Part shown: piece by piece, positions 25,749 to 40,339 of the stretch | Layout: each line of letters begins with the position of its first letter | Position numbering within the stretch: the first letter of the stretch is position 1 | Source of the DNA: Octopus vulgaris | Lineage: Eukaryota | Length of the DNA: 64,000 bases | Direction: 5' to 3' | NCBI GenBank assembly: GCA_951406725.2 | Contig: OX597829.1 | Coordinates: 5,208,001-5,272,000, forward strand | Program-made: the position numbers and the translations under genes | Notes under the pieces: generated by a model | What the model was told of the DNA's origin: nothing | What the model saw: the letters and a program-made list of their open reading frames with translations, nothing else | Database searches by the model: none

Positions 25749-25849
25749 CATTATCTTGCATTTTGTTCAGGGATGATAAAATAACAATGAATTACTACAG
25801 TTCATTTCTTTCTCCTCATTCACACTCTTTCTGTCCTTCTGCTCCTCAG

Positions 25850-25906
<57 letters not shown>

Positions 25907-26282
25907 GCCACTCTCTCTCGGTTGGTAATGCCGTACTATGAGGAGAATCATAAGAAATAGGGAAATGTTAAGCTTTATGGGTTAAGAAGATTTTCTAGAA
26001 AATCTATTTTGTTACAGGAATTATCCAAGGATAAAGTGATCTACAGCAGGTGATGGAAATAAAGATGAGAAAGAGAGGGATAAAGATGGAAGTGCTGACC
26101 TTCTATTCTTTCTTAGATAAAATGGTAAAAGAATCGGATAATCTAAAGAATGAGTTGTGGCTTTAATTGACTGGTTACTTGAATGCTTGAAAGATGCAAC
26201 TATTTTGGGCTCAATGAGTGAAAGTGAGTCAATGGATGAGTATCTTTTTGAGCTTTGAGCTTAGTTCATGTGTGTGTGTGAG

Positions 26283-26356
<74 letters not shown>

Positions 26357-26596
26357 GTAACCATGTGAAGCTGTTTTATGTATATTATTTATTGTTGTTA
26401 ACAAAAGTAATTATCTTATGTGATAAAGGCCATGCAGACTTAATTGTCTAAGTCTTGACTATGAAAATTAAGATCACTGGAATATTTTCTCAGATTGAAC
26501 TTGTATCAGGCAAAATAATAAAGTTATGTTTTTGCTGATGTTCAGCTCTTTTCTGTCAGACTTAAGGTTAAAATGTACCAGCCATAAATATTTTAA

Positions 26597-26814
26597 CCCT
26601 TTAGTGTTCAGATTATTCTATCAAACATAATGCTTATTGATTCCCATTGATTTGAATTAATCATGCATTATCTCATATCTTCAAGATCTTGATGGTGTAA
26701 TTACATAATGTAGAATAACATTATAGGGTAGGTGTGAGAGCTTGGATCTGGTCAGTTTGAACATAAACAGATTAGCTATTTTGGTCGGATATGGCCGGTT
26801 TAAATACTAAAGGG
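26597..26814. mobile_element. piggyBac-type MITE
   Basis: TTAA|CCCTTTAGTGTT ... AATACTAAAGGG|TTAA. Confidence 0.8.
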
Positions 26815-27680
26815 TTAAACATAATGTAGCTAAGACATTACACATGATATTCTTCATTGGTAATTGTACAATCAAAGATCTTCAGATCATAGCTATCCTG
26901 TCTTTTGTTAACCATAAACTCTATCATTCAATTGTATTTTTGTTTTTAAGATGTCATGGTGTGGACTAAATGAGATTTGACTGATATTTCATACTTCTAC
27001 CAGGTTATCACCTACAGGTTGGAATTTATTTATGTTGTTTTACTAGAAACATCTTAAATGATTTTACAACTAATTGTTTGAGTGTGTGTGTGTGTGTGTG
27101 AGAGAGAGAGAAAGAGTTTGTGTGTGTGTTGATATTTTATGATTGCCAGAGTTACCGTTTGAAACAGAAATCAAAAGTTTTATTTTGGAAAAAAACTTAT
27201 AAAAATAAGAATAAATTAATTAATAATGAAGTTATTAAAAATACATAATGTAATTAAAGAATATACATCATCATAGAATTAAGAATTACACAAATAAAGT
27301 TATCAGAATTCATATATCAAAAAAATGCATTTTGAAGTATTTCAAAATGTAGAAAGAATACAAGAGCAGACAGTTTTAGAAATGCTAATGAAATTCAATG
27401 AATTCAAAGTTTTTGGTTTCATTTGTTCTACATCACTGGCATGTTGAACCATTAGGTAATGGATTCTTGGACTATTTGGTGTGTTGCATTTCATTTCACT
27501 TTGCTTCCATTTCTTCAGTTGCAAAAACCTACCAGCAGTAGCTGAGGTTTGATCTTGCTGTGGATTGATTCCCGTCATGCAGAGAAGTATTGTATTCTCA
27601 GTTCTATATTTAAGAATTATATATATATTATTTACATTATTTACATTTGACGGATATTTGTCCTCATATTGTTTGTTGTT

Positions 27681-27726
27681 AACACAACGTTTCGGCTGAT
27701 ATACCCTCCAGCCTTCATCAGGTGTC
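27681..27726 (-). ncRNA. Minimal type-I hammerhead ribozyme (Penelope pLTR type)
   Basis: GACAC CUGAUGA A GGCUG-GAGGGUAUAU-CAGCC GAAA CG UU GUGUU. Confidence 0.75.
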
Positions 27727-27776
27727 TTGGGCAAATTTCGAACCTGGGTTCTCATTACTAAGGTATTTTTTGATGC

Positions 27777-27843
<67 letters not shown>

Positions 27844-27875
27844 ATTATTAATATTATTATTATTATTATTATTAA

Positions 27876-27916
<41 letters not shown>

Positions 27917-28679
27917 CTCTACTGAAGGCTGTGTCCTTTAATTTACTCACACCACTTCCTTGATAATAACATCTGTTAATAAAGCCAAACTGGAACGTTC
28001 TGTAACTTTGTTTAGATAGTTAGCAGAATTGATAGATCACTAAAATTATTAGTTTTTTTACTATTTAGTAATGCCATTTTCTGTTCTGAGTACAAATCCT
28101 GTGATAGTCAACTTTGGCTCCCATCCTCTCAGAAGCAATATATGTATTGGTGTTGTAATAATGTGCGATGTGAATTATGTTAGAAATCCTTAAATTTAGT
28201 ATTGTCACATCGCTGAAGAATGTGTCTTTATATTACTTGTGCTACATTCCAGATTGTAAATAACAACTTCAAGAACCTCACCTCCCATCCAGGACCTTCA
28301 TTTCATTAATGGTATAATATAAAAATTGCATTGAAACTGAGAGATGTCAACTGATTTGATTGAGAAAAACTTATGTATGAGAGATCTGAAATTAAAATTT
28401 GAAGTACCCTTGTTTCATATAAACAAAGAACTAGACACACACATTATAAAGACAGACACACTCTTGTAAACATATACATAGACACGCAAACACATATTTG
28501 TGTAAATGCATGTGTTTATGTGTACGGGTAAACTTACACTATCTTCAACTAAAAGTCAAACTCTTTTAGAATCCAAAATATCACTTACGACAGATTGGTT
28601 TTCATCGAAAAATTCCTTTGTAGAAAAATCATGATAAAAAGTAACTTAGGCATGTATACATATATTAGATACACATGTA

Positions 28680-29190
28680 TTTGTGTGTGTGTATGTGTGT
28701 GTGTGTGTGTGTATGTACGTGTGTGAGTATGTGTAAGTGTGAGAGGGAAAGGGGGAGAGGGAAAGAGAGAGAGAGAGAGAGAGACAGGCAGACAGTGTGT
28801 GTGTGTGTATGTGTAAGTGTGAGAGAGAAAGGGAGAGAGAGAGAGATAGGCAGACAGTGTGTGTGTGTATGTGTAAGTGTGAGAGAGAAAGGGAGAGAAA
28901 GGGAAAGAGAGAGAGAGAGACAGGCAGACAGTGTGTGTGTGTGTGTGTAAGTGTGAGAGAGAAAGGGAAAGAGAGAGAGAGAGAGATATAGGCAGACAGT
29001 GTGTGTGTGTGTAAGTGTGAGAGAGAAAGGGAGAGAGAAAGGGAGAGGGAGAAAGAGAAAGAGAAAGAGGGAGAGAGAGACAGGCAGACAGTGTGTGGGT
29101 GTGTGTGTGTGAGTATGTGTAACTGTGAGAGAGAAAGGGAGAGAGAGAAAGAGAGATAAGCAGACAGTGTGTGTGTGTGTGTGTGTTGTA
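28680..29190. repeat. Compound minisatellite (about 60-bp unit, about 7 copies)
   Basis: Unit (GT)n-ATGTGTAAGTGT-GAGAGAGAAAGGG-(AG)n-AGGCAGACA. Confidence 0.85.
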
Positions 29191-29280
29191 CACATATATT
29201 GAGAATGGTAGACAGGCGGATGGAGAAAGAGACATGTAGAGAAAGACAGACTTACATTGAGAGATAGTGAAAAACAGAGA

Positions 29281-29317
<37 letters not shown>

Positions 29318-29598
29318 GAGGGGGGATGCCAGAATTGTTAGGACAACATTGAAAAAGCATGATAGTATTTAGTTACGCAGCCCTTTATGCTGGGCTCAAA
29401 TTCCACCAAAATAGACGTTCAAATTTGCATTTCAATCTTGCAGTGATGAAATAAGTTCCAGTTTCTGCTCTGAGGTCAATGTAGTTCATTGCACCTTCGT
29501 CCAAATTTTAATTAAGCTGACCACTCATTTATGGATAGCAGCACAAATGATTAAGCAATTAGTAGGAGATATAAGTATATTAAGACAGAAAGACATAG

Positions 29599-29636
<38 letters not shown>

Positions 29637-29695
29637 GTAGAAAGATAGATAGAAGGATAGGTAGAATATGTAGACAGACAGATAGACAGACAGAC

Positions 29696-29776
<81 letters not shown>

Positions 29777-30232
29777 TATGTATGTGTATATATATATACA
29801 CACACACAATAGGCTTTTTTCAGTTTTCATCAACAAATCCATGCACAACACACTTCCCCAAGGTGCCATGCAGGAGGACTGAATCCAGAACCATGTGGTT
29901 GGGGAGCCAACTTCTTCTCATGAAGCCACAAACACACAAACACACACACACACTCTGCATGTACACATACACACAACACGCAAACATGCATATATGCATA
30001 TATATATATATATATATAATTGTTAAAGAGGACAACAAACATCAAGGCAAACATTTCAAGTTATGTACATTATTATTATTGCAAAAAATTCAAAGTCTTA
30101 CAGCTGTTTCTGGGATATCCCAGAAACAGCTGTAAGAAACAGCTCTAGAAACACCTTACAACACTTACCTAGCGTACCTAACCATTAGATCACCTGTGAA
30201 CTGAGCCCATAACCCCCCATACTTTGTGTATG

Positions 30233-30271
<39 letters not shown>

Positions 30272-30278
<7 letters not shown>

Positions 30279-30563
30279 GAATAAAACCACCTTTTATCAA
30301 TTCAAAATGAACAATTAAATTACACCATCCAGAAAATTACATATAATAGAAATATTAAATATAAAATAACAATAAAATGTCAAAGATTAATTAACTTGCA
30401 AAAAAATTTATATAAGTTATTATTATTATTTTTTGCAATTTAATTAATCTTTGACATTTTATTGTTATTTTATATTTAATATTTCTATTATATGTAATTT
30501 TCTGGATGGTGTAATTTAATTGTTCATTTTGAATTGATAAAAGGTGGTTTTATTCTAATTTTT
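30272..30563. repeat. Near-perfect palindrome (about 135-bp arms) in (TA)n
   Basis: Arms about 30272-30406 and 30428-30563; a single-arm relative lies at about 7418-7560. Confidence 0.9.
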
Positions 30564-30696
30564 TATATATATATTATATTGTGTGAAATTTGATTTAGTA
30601 CTTCTAAATTGAATTTTTCTTTCCTTGTAAGTTTTGGATTTTACTCCTTCAAATATTAATAATATATATATATTAATAAATATATATATATATATA

Positions 30697-31107
30697 GGCG
30701 CAGGAGTGGCTGTGTGGTAAGTAGCTTGCTTACCAACCACATGGTTCTGGTTCAGTCCCACTGCGTGGCATCTTGGGCGAGTGTCTTCTGCTATAGCCTC
30801 GGGCCAACCAATGCCTTATGAGTGAATTTGGTAGACGGAAACTGAAAGAAGCTTGTCGTATATATGTATATATATGTATGTATGTGTGTGTATATGTTTG
30901 TGTGTTTATGTTTGTTCCCCTAGCATTGCTTGACAACCGATGCTGGTGTGTTTACGTCCCCGTCACTTAGCGGTTTGCCAAAAGTGACCGATAGAATAAG
31001 TACTAGGCTTACAAAGAATAAGTCCCGGGGTCGATTTGCTCGACTAAAGGCGGTGTTCCAGCATAGCTGCAGTCAAATTACTGAAACAAGTAAAAGAGTA
31101 AAAGAGT
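30697..31107 (+). mobile_element. SINE family B, full-length
   Basis: tRNA-like head GGCGCAGGAGTGGCTGTGTGG..GGTTCAGTCCC, CORE-like CTTGGGCGAGTGTCTT, internal microsatellite, tail CTGAAACAAGTAAAAGAG. Confidence 0.9.
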
Positions 31108-32235
31108 ATATAGGTACAAATATCATCATCATCATTTCATATCCCTGCTTCATGTTAGCATGAGTCAGGTGACTCGACAGCATCTGATGGATCCAAGGAA
31201 TGCTTTCCTACATTGTCTAGTAAAGGATGGTTTCTATTGCTGGTTGATCCAACACATTTCAGCTGGCATCCAGTACATTTTCCATGCCACCAGCACTAGT
31301 GAAGCCACCATGCAGCTTGCAAAACTACAAACACCAAGAGAGCCAACTTTATGTTGGGAGATATGATGTTATATTTTGGGGAAGGGACCAGAGTGAAACA
31401 GGTTTCTTGCTGTAGAAGAGCTACATGGTATCTCACTTCTGGGAAGAGAGAGTGAGTGTTATTGGAGTGACACTGAAACGAAATGATAGCGGTGATAAGA
31501 TGTCTGGGTGAGAGCTCAAGGTACGCAGTGAGTAAAAATAAGAGAAGTCAAAGCAACAGGAATTGTAGCTGGGTAGATGAGGCAAGGGTATATGTGAGAG
31601 CAAGTGATAGAGAATGTGTGAGGTGTGTGAGAGTATAATGAATGGAGAACAGGTGTTGAGGGGAGGATTTAAGTCAATGATGGATAAGGGATAATGGTAA
31701 TCTGATGATTCATGTGAGTAAAAAGCAACAGAATAGTAACATAGATTGAGTAGACAGTAGAAGGATGAAAGTGTGAGAGAGAAAGAAGATTGGGTTGGGT
31801 TGCCAGGGTGTTGTGTCTTGATTCATAGAGAGAGTAAGAGATGTATGTTGATAGAGGAGTGATAAATTGGTGGCTCAGTGCATGCATGGGGGATTAGGAA
31901 TCAAAGTGAAAACTGATCTGGGTGGACAGTTTAAGCACACACTCTTGTACACTTACCCCTTCATCACCTATGCAGACACTACACCAAGGGCAATGCAGCT
32001 ATATTCAACGCAACCACACAACTATTTACATTTACCCCTCAAAAAGGGGCTTTCTTTGCTCTTAGATTTGGTCATCCACTCAAACTCTATTTCCATTCTG
32101 TCATTAGATAGGTAAGTAGGTTGGTAGGTAGAGATTTAGATGTAATTTTTGGGCACAAATGTGGCCGTGTGGTAAGAAACTTGCTTTCCAACCATGTGGT
32201 TTTGGGTTCAGTCCACTGTGTAGCGCCTAGAGCTT

Positions 32236-32358
32236 ATCGAACTGGAGCATTGTGAGATAAAGTGTCTTGCTTATGGACACAACGTGCCGCCGGGAATCCA
32301 ACCCTCGACTTTACGAACGTGATCTAAATACCTTAACCACTAAGCCACGCTCTTTCAC
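32236..32358 (-). mobile_element. SINE family D head
   Basis: Reverse complement of a tRNA-like head plus TGTCCATAAGCAAGACACTTTAT. Confidence 0.65.
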
Positions 32359-32556
32359 TAATTTTATTCGTTTCTTTGTTTTTACAACTTTGTAAATTTT
32401 CATTGGTTCAACAAATTTATTGAGAAATTGTTTGACAGCTGGATACGCTTGTCACTAACCATTATCTGTTTTTTAAAAAAAAGCTTTCTTACATCATAGG
32501 TCTTCACAGCTGCAAATCTAAACGATCACACAAAAGCGCGCGTGCACGCACAGATA

Positions 32557-32807
32557 TATACTGTTGCTATTATGTTAAACTGCCGTATGTCCAAATTTGG
32601 TTAAATGCGTTTTTTTCTAATATTCGTTTTTGCTTGCAATAGCCGGTTCTTTAGGTTAAACTATCGTATCTCCAGATGCTTCAAAGGTATCAAAAATTGT
32701 GAAAGTGTAGTACATTGGTTTTGCTATGGAATGGTGAAACTATTTTTTTCGTTTTCTGAAAAGCAACGATTTGGACTTATGACACTTTACATAATAGCAA
32801 CGATGTG
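32557..32807. mobile_element. MITE with about 20-bp TIRs
   Basis: CTGTTGCTATTATGTTAAA / TTTACATAATAGCAACGAT; inverted relative at 51750-51995. Confidence 0.75.
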
Positions 32808-32809
32808 TT

Positions 32810-32850
<41 letters not shown>

Positions 32851-32939
32851 GTTGATTAGAAAGTTTAGTCCGATTCCGAATTTGAACTTGTAGAAGCTTC
32901 TTTTGTTTTCTTTTTTTTTTTTTTGCAGGATATCCAAAT

Positions 32940-33900
32940 ATTGATGGCACTCACTGATTTAATAATCATTTCACGAAATGTTCCTTTAGAGCCACAATCG
33001 CATTTTGGTACATTCATTTTCTATATGAATAACCCATCACGAAACCAAGCAAAGAGCATATAAGCCACAGTGAGCTTCTCGAGTTTCTTTAGTGTTCTAA
33101 TAATGCAGGAGAGGCGGCCAAAAATAGCCAAAAGCTTTTTAGTCGAAATGTAGTAAATCAAAGAGCTTGCAGAATGTGGTTTGAAAACTTCAGCTGAAAG
33201 AATTTCAGTTTGGTTGATGTGTCCAAATCAGAAGAACGCCCTTCCAAAAGAGCCAATAAAAATGTTAGTAGCAACACTTGCAAAGAATCTTGCTGTAACA
33301 GTTGGCAGAGTTTTCCACTGAATTTAATATTCATCCCCATTTAAACTAGATGTTCTGCTGGAAGAAACTATACTGCGTAGATACCATGAGAGAAATTCTC
33401 ATTTTGGTAAGTACAGCAGTTTAGTCTATTCTGACGGAAAATCCACGTTTAAGTATTAATCCCTCGTGGTATTAATATTGCTTTTGTCGCTAATAAATAC
33501 TGAATTTAATGTTATCTTAAAGAATATTCATAATCATTTCAAGAATGCTACGATAAGTTTCAAAGTGAGGGAAATGGGTTCTTAATGCTTATTCTGCAGC
33601 AAATTATTTCAACAAAGGGTTGCATGCTGCCAACTCTTCTACAACCACATCGAGCCATGATTCTTTGCAACAGTATTCTTTGCAGGCGGTGCCTAAGCCT
33701 AAATAGGCAACCTATACTACAAGTGGTATAGTGACAAGAACATTTCATTGAATGTTTGGTAAGATACGGGATAAGATATGGAATCATTCATCACAAATTT
33801 TGGTGGTCGAATCAAACAATCACTTCTGATATCTGCTCTCAGCAATTTCCCCGTTGGCAGACTACTTTCGAAGCAAAACAGTCCCTTTAATCAGGATAAT
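32940..33900 (+). mobile_element. Degenerate mariner transposase remnant
   Basis: ACRMWFENF..NFSLVD..S..RP (HTH region) and VW..GIIHH..NQTITSD motifs; interrupted about 33340-33740. Confidence 0.7.
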
Positions 33901-33927
33901 GATTGATTCCACACCTGCGTGCGCGCG

Positions 33928-33972
<45 letters not shown>

Positions 33973-34388
33973 GTAGGTAGGTTTGTATGTATAACGTGCT
34001 TTTTGTTTAATTTCCGCCAGCCAAATCTTCTAACAAGGCCTTAGCTGGCTCGTAGCTATAGTAAAAGACACCTAAGGCATCTCGTTGTAGGACTCAACCC
34101 CAAACCACGGAGGTGAGCTTCTTAAGCATTCTACCATGCTAACTCTTAAGATTACATACTCTCTCTCTCCCTCTCTCTCTCTCATACACACACACACACA
34201 CGCACACTCGCGCGCGCGTGCACTAACACGGACACAGATACATATGTATACACAGAGGCATCTCTCTGTAAATATATCAAGTCAGAAAAACAAGATATAC
34301 CTCTATACGTACACGCACGCGCACTCACACATTCATATATATTTCTGTGCAATATATATATATAAATAAATGCATATAAATATGCATG

Positions 34389-34435
<47 letters not shown>

Positions 34436-35269
34436 ACACGTGTTGCACATGCAACATTAAACTAATATGCGACATATATGGGAACAGCCTTTCTTTTATG
34501 CAGATTTCAAGAAATCTACAACAATGTTCAAGTCAAGTTTTAACTATTTTGTTTTAGGTTTTCGTATTTTCTTATTAGCTTTTAACGGTTGGTTTGGAAT
34601 ATATCCAACGTTTCCAGACATTCTCAGTCTCATCTCCATGAATTAAATACATTTGGCTTATATGTTGCTTCATATATACAAGTTGAATCGTAATGATTTT
34701 CCCGTCGAAGGTATATTGATTGTAAAACTGAAAGTTGCAGACTTCGGGACATTAACAGCTACATTGCCCACACTAGTACAACACTCTCAAGTAGGCTCAC
34801 CATGCACAAGCAACATTAAACCAACACATAACATTTGAGCACACACTAAAAAAAACCCCCCAAAAACAACATAATTAAACAAGGACATACTAGAGGGGAA
34901 TACTTACGATATAAAATTCAACAACGATTAACTACTGGAACTATACTTATACTGCGTTCCAATGCCAAAATTAACGAGGAAACTTACACATCAAAAACTT
35001 AGTGGTCAAATATTGACCGTGACAGTCAAATCAACATGTGGTTGCTGACGCATGAAGCCAGCGGTCAAGTCTATATGAATTCAATGGTACATATAAGTAA
35101 CAAAACAGACACTAAAATATATTTAATTGGTGAAAATGCGACTGAAAATCTGGAAACATCGGGTTGGAGTATAAGAACACTATTATGCGTAACCAACTAT
35201 AAGAAAATAAGAAAATATGAAATAAGAAAGGATGAAGAATTTAAACTTGAATATAGTCGAAGGCGTGAC

Positions 35270-35630
35270 TGTATAGCATGACTGTGTGATAAGAAGATTC
35301 CAGGTTCGGTCCATGGTACCTTAGGCAGGTGTCTTTTACTATTATGGCCTTGGGTTAACCAAAGCTTTGTGAGTGGATTTAATACACAGAAAGTAAAATC
35401 ATTATATATATGAGTGTGTGTGTGTGTGTGTGTGTGTGTTTGTTCTTCGCTACCGCTTGACATCTGGCGTTGGTGTGTTAACGTCCTTGTAACTTAGCGG
35501 TTCGACAAAAGGGAAAGATAGAACAAGTACCAGAGTTTTAAAAAATAGTAACGGGATTGATTCATTTGATTAAAATTGTTCATGACGATGCCCCAGCATG
35601 GCCGCCATTAAATGACTGAATCAGTAGGTA
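35270..35630 (+). mobile_element. SINE family B, diverged
   Basis: Head, internal microsatellite and tail recognisable. Confidence 0.75.
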
Positions 35631-35659
35631 TAAGATGGAAGATAGTCGTGTATCTAATG

Positions 35660-35729
<70 letters not shown>

Positions 35730-35810
35730 ACACAACTTCAGTGTTAACTGTCGGGAAAAAAAGAGTTCTCAGCATTATATAAGAGGTTAGTAATATTTTA
35801 TTCAAGTCAG

Positions 35811-36035
35811 TGCGGCGAGCTGGCAGAAACGTTAGCACGCCGGGCAAACTGCCTAGCAGTCTGCCGTAACGTTCTGAGTTCGAATTCCGCCGAGATCGAC
35901 TTTGCCTTTCATCCTTTCGGGGTTGATCAAACAAGTACCAGTTACGCACTGGAGTCGATGTAATCGACTTAATCCGTTTGTCTGTCCTTGTTTGTCCCCC
36001 TCTATGTTCAGTCCCCTGTGGGCAATAAAGAAATA
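35811..36035 (+). mobile_element. SINE family A
   Basis: Consensus-like with a small internal deletion. Confidence 0.85.
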
Positions 36036-36289
36036 AATATTTTATTCAGGTCAGTCAGTCCGTCGCTACTCTGGAATCATCAGGCAAGTTACAACTTTCC
36101 GGATGACCAAGTAAATAAACAAGGAAAACTCCTGCGTAACAAGAGGTCAGCTCAACCAAAATACAAATATTGCACGCACATGCACACACACACACATATG
36201 CAACAAGGTGCGCTAAGCATAGTAAAACAGGCTGTAAAAAATAATAAAATGTTATCATCTTTATAGAATATCAAGAGTTTATTTCTCTG

Positions 36290-36560
36290 AGTGAAAAACA
36301 GATTGATTGGTGCATGCATATGAAGTAGAATGTACGCGAGTATAATGGGCTTTGAATACAGAAGACTGGTGAAGACAAGACAGAAATGAAATAAGTATGG
36401 TTCGCTGGATGTGTAACATTAGGCGGTGTATTGATGAGAATGTGTATATATATAAGAGAAATCAGTTATTGAGTGCAAGACAGAATAATCTACTGGTATG
36501 GATTTATGACATGCATTTGAAGCTGAAAATTGTATAAAAAATGCTGTAAACTCTAGGAGA
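36290..36560 (+). mobile_element. Degenerate RTE RT C-terminal remnant
   Basis: SMVRWMCNI and VQDRIIYWYG motifs. Confidence 0.55.
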
Positions 36561-37797
36561 CAATCCTCTTCTGCTGGTGTCACGGTAAAATGTACCCGCG
36601 GTAAACTTATTAGCAAACCAGTGAAGAAAACATAAAACGAAGTCTTCTCTTCTTGAGGATGCAATTACCTCTCTGGTGCTAGTGACATGATTTAATGCGC
36701 TCAGTGTATTTTTAAATGGTTTGGTCAGTGGAAAGAACATAGAATCAAGAAGACCCATTGTGTTACTGAGGACTTGACAACCTCTCGAATGCTCGTACTA
36801 TGATAAAACGCACTCAATAGTAGAACACCAAGCCAAAACTGAAACATACAGGCCTCTATGAGACAGTGACACCAAATAAAAACTGAATTAGATCGCAACG
36901 GTCAGTTCAACCGATGTCAACTGCTGGTGATGAGGACATTATGTGTTGGTGTATATGTATGCTTAGATGTGTGTGTTTGTAAACATACATATTTATGTAC
37001 AAACATAATCTACAAGCACACACAGGCTTCCCCATACATGTGTATGTATGAGTATATGTGAGTGTGCACGCGTGTGTGATGTAAGGAGACGTGTGGTAGT
37101 TTGCGTCGTCGAGAATGCATTGATTGGAGGAAAATAACAGAAAGAGCAGAATGTTGCCGTGATGCTTAGCGTTTCCAAAATTTCGACAGAATCTTTCAAG
37201 AATGAAATGATTTGGAGAAAGGTACAAACGGAATGGTTTGACAGCCTCTGTGTATGAACGACGGACAACAATTGCTGGGGAACGCAAAGCAAAGTGAACA
37301 TTCGTAAGTAGACAGGTAATGGTGGGAAGAGAAACTGGCGAAAGAGGGAGAAGTAAAGGGAAATTGAAGAGGAAGGGATGAAGGCGAAGTGGAGGGGAAA
37401 ATTGCAGTGAATATGTAAAGATGTTTAGGCGTTGGATAAAATGTCGTTCAGTATTTATTCCTGATCTCTTGAATTCAAGTTTCAAATCCTGTTTATATCT
37501 ACAACTTTGACCTTCGTTAGTTTGAGGTGAGTTGACAAATAAAGTAACAGCCAAATACTCCGGTCGATTATTTTCTTTCTTCCTTTCTTTCCTTCTTTCT
37601 TTCCTTACCCCCCACTCTCTCTCTCTCTTTCTCTTTCTTGGAATTGGCTACATTCTAACATCAGGACGGTCGAGCGAGACCATTTCATTGATAAAAATTG
37701 ATCGAGGACCTTGCAATCTCGCCTTGTAGGAAGCTAATGTTACTGGAACAAGCTAAATAAAGATCAATATGCAATAGTGCACGTAATGGGAATAATA

Positions 37798-37867
<70 letters not shown>

Positions 37868-37887
37868 TGATGATGATAATAATAATG

Positions 37888-37954
<67 letters not shown>

Positions 37955-39944
37955 AGTGATAATGGTCGGTGGGGATGCAACCTAGAGTAAAAATTTACAA
38001 GTAAAACGACTATTTGGCCAGTAATCGAATTTTACGCTGTGTAATATTTAAGCTGCTTGAAAGACATTTCATACGCCAATTACTTGTAAAATAAAAGTGA
38101 ATGTTACGACTTAAAACAGAAAATAGTTTCAAGCGTAAAGTGATATACCGGTAAACAATAAACCGTGTAACCTTTGCATCACGGGCAGTTTAGAATTGCT
38201 TCTGAATAAAATTCAAATCCTCAGCTGACACTTCTAAAGAATATTCTCTTCCCAACCTAACAAAAACCATTTCAAAACAGCTTCAAATATTTAGAGCCAC
38301 TCATATAACGCCAATTTTTTTTTTTTTAGCATTCTGATCTTCATTTTCATCTTTATTGTCAACATTATTTCAATCCCTTGCAGCAAAACGATAAATTAAA
38401 TTCAATGCACATAAACATTCAGTTTAAAGCATCTTCGCGGTACAATTCCAAGCCATCCTTAAGTTGCATAATAAAGATACAGAAACCCGAGAATTGTTAT
38501 AGGAACAGGGAAATTACTACGAGTGTATATATCATGAGCTTGTGTGTGTCCTTAATAGAAGCTAGTAGATGTAAAAGTGTAGTGCTTAGATGCGAACGAT
38601 TTGTAAGATCCATCATAAATATCCCAAAACACACATTTAGTTTCTCATATATTTTTACTGACTACCACTAACATATTTTATCCATGAGTGTTTGCGTTTA
38701 TCTGTGTATGTGTCCGTGTATGTGTGTGTGTGGGGGGGGGGGTGCATACTGTGTAGATAATTTCAAATCTTTAGCTCTTTTTATGTTTCCGTAAATGGGA
38801 GTAGATGCGGAATAGTCGCGTGCGAGGAGCGTGGGGAATGGTTAAAAGATTGTCCAAAAAGTACTTCCGAAGGAAATAAAACACTTAAAAAAGGAAAACA
38901 AAACCCCACTTATGATCCATCCAGAGTAATGCTTGAATTTAGAGCAGTAACTCTACTTAGTCTGTGCAGAACAATGTTTAGAATAAAATCTAATGGAATA
39001 TAAAAACTTAAAATATAAAATATATCAATTATTGTTGTAAATACTCAGTATATTCATCATAACACTCATTTGCCAAATCACACACACACACACATACACA
39101 CACACAAACTTGTGAAAGCGATATTCATTTATAGTATAAATTGAATTGATGGATGGTATCTCAATTACAAATACAGCTTAGCATCTTTTTTACTGCCTTG
39201 GACTCAAACTAGGGTTAGGATTAGGGTTTTAATTATAAATGTTAAGGCCTTTAAAAAAATCTGTCTATTGACTTTTGTGATTAACATATTTAAATTGGCG
39301 ATATTAAGAACTTGTGTTACTAAATGGTGGTTTGTTAGATTTGTGTACATTTTAACCAGTATGACATAGATGCGCCTCTCTTTTCTATATATATTTTCGC
39401 TCTTCGTGTACTTATATAAAGAAGATCGTTCAACTGAATAATCAATAAGCAGACAAAAATAAAGTATATTTACAAACCACTGAACCATTCATTATAATGC
39501 TCTCTAATCCACAAATAAACACGCAAAATGCTCCACTTAATTCTTGGAATACGTGAATGGTGATAAAAGATTTCTCCAAAATTCCACAATATAATTACAC
39601 ATTTAAATTTCATCACTACGCAGCCAATCTCCATTTCTTTATGAAATTATTATATTAGTCGATGTTGGCTACACTGAGTTCAGTACGAATATTATCAATG
39701 AAATACTTAATTTTGTTTGAATTATGCATTTTCAGAACACATTTGCCCCTTTCTTTCCTTCTGCTACAGTTCTACAAAGGAACTACACGTACTTATATAA
39801 GTATAAATTTTAATCCAACATGACCTCTAGTTAAGAATGAAACAAGCTGTACATTCGTAGCTTACGACTTGAAAACACATTTTCTATGTCATTCCGTTAT
39901 TTCAACGTTAGATCCTTTCGTGATTTTGGGGTTTTACGTGTCTT

Positions 39945-39999
<55 letters not shown>

Positions 40000-40027
40000 G
40001 TGCGTATGTGTGAATGTGTGTTTGTGC

Positions 40028-40120
<93 letters not shown>

Positions 40121-40339
40121 AATGTGTCTATCTGTGTATACAAAATTTTTGATTTTAAATCGGCAGAAAGTTACAAAACCTAGTCAAGAGCAAGTGCTTC
40201 GTGCATAGAACTTATCGTGTACGAAACGCTAGGTCTTTGAGTCACTTTTGACCTACCGATCAGATATATAAAGAAAGTATATATACTCATGCTTCAGTTC
40301 TATTTCGTCTGTTTGTTCTGCCAAAAACGTGCGTGTGTT

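Noticed and set aside
36907-37554. 215-aa ORF
   Set aside because: Low complexity, antisense to a purine-rich tract and a microsatellite, no domain.
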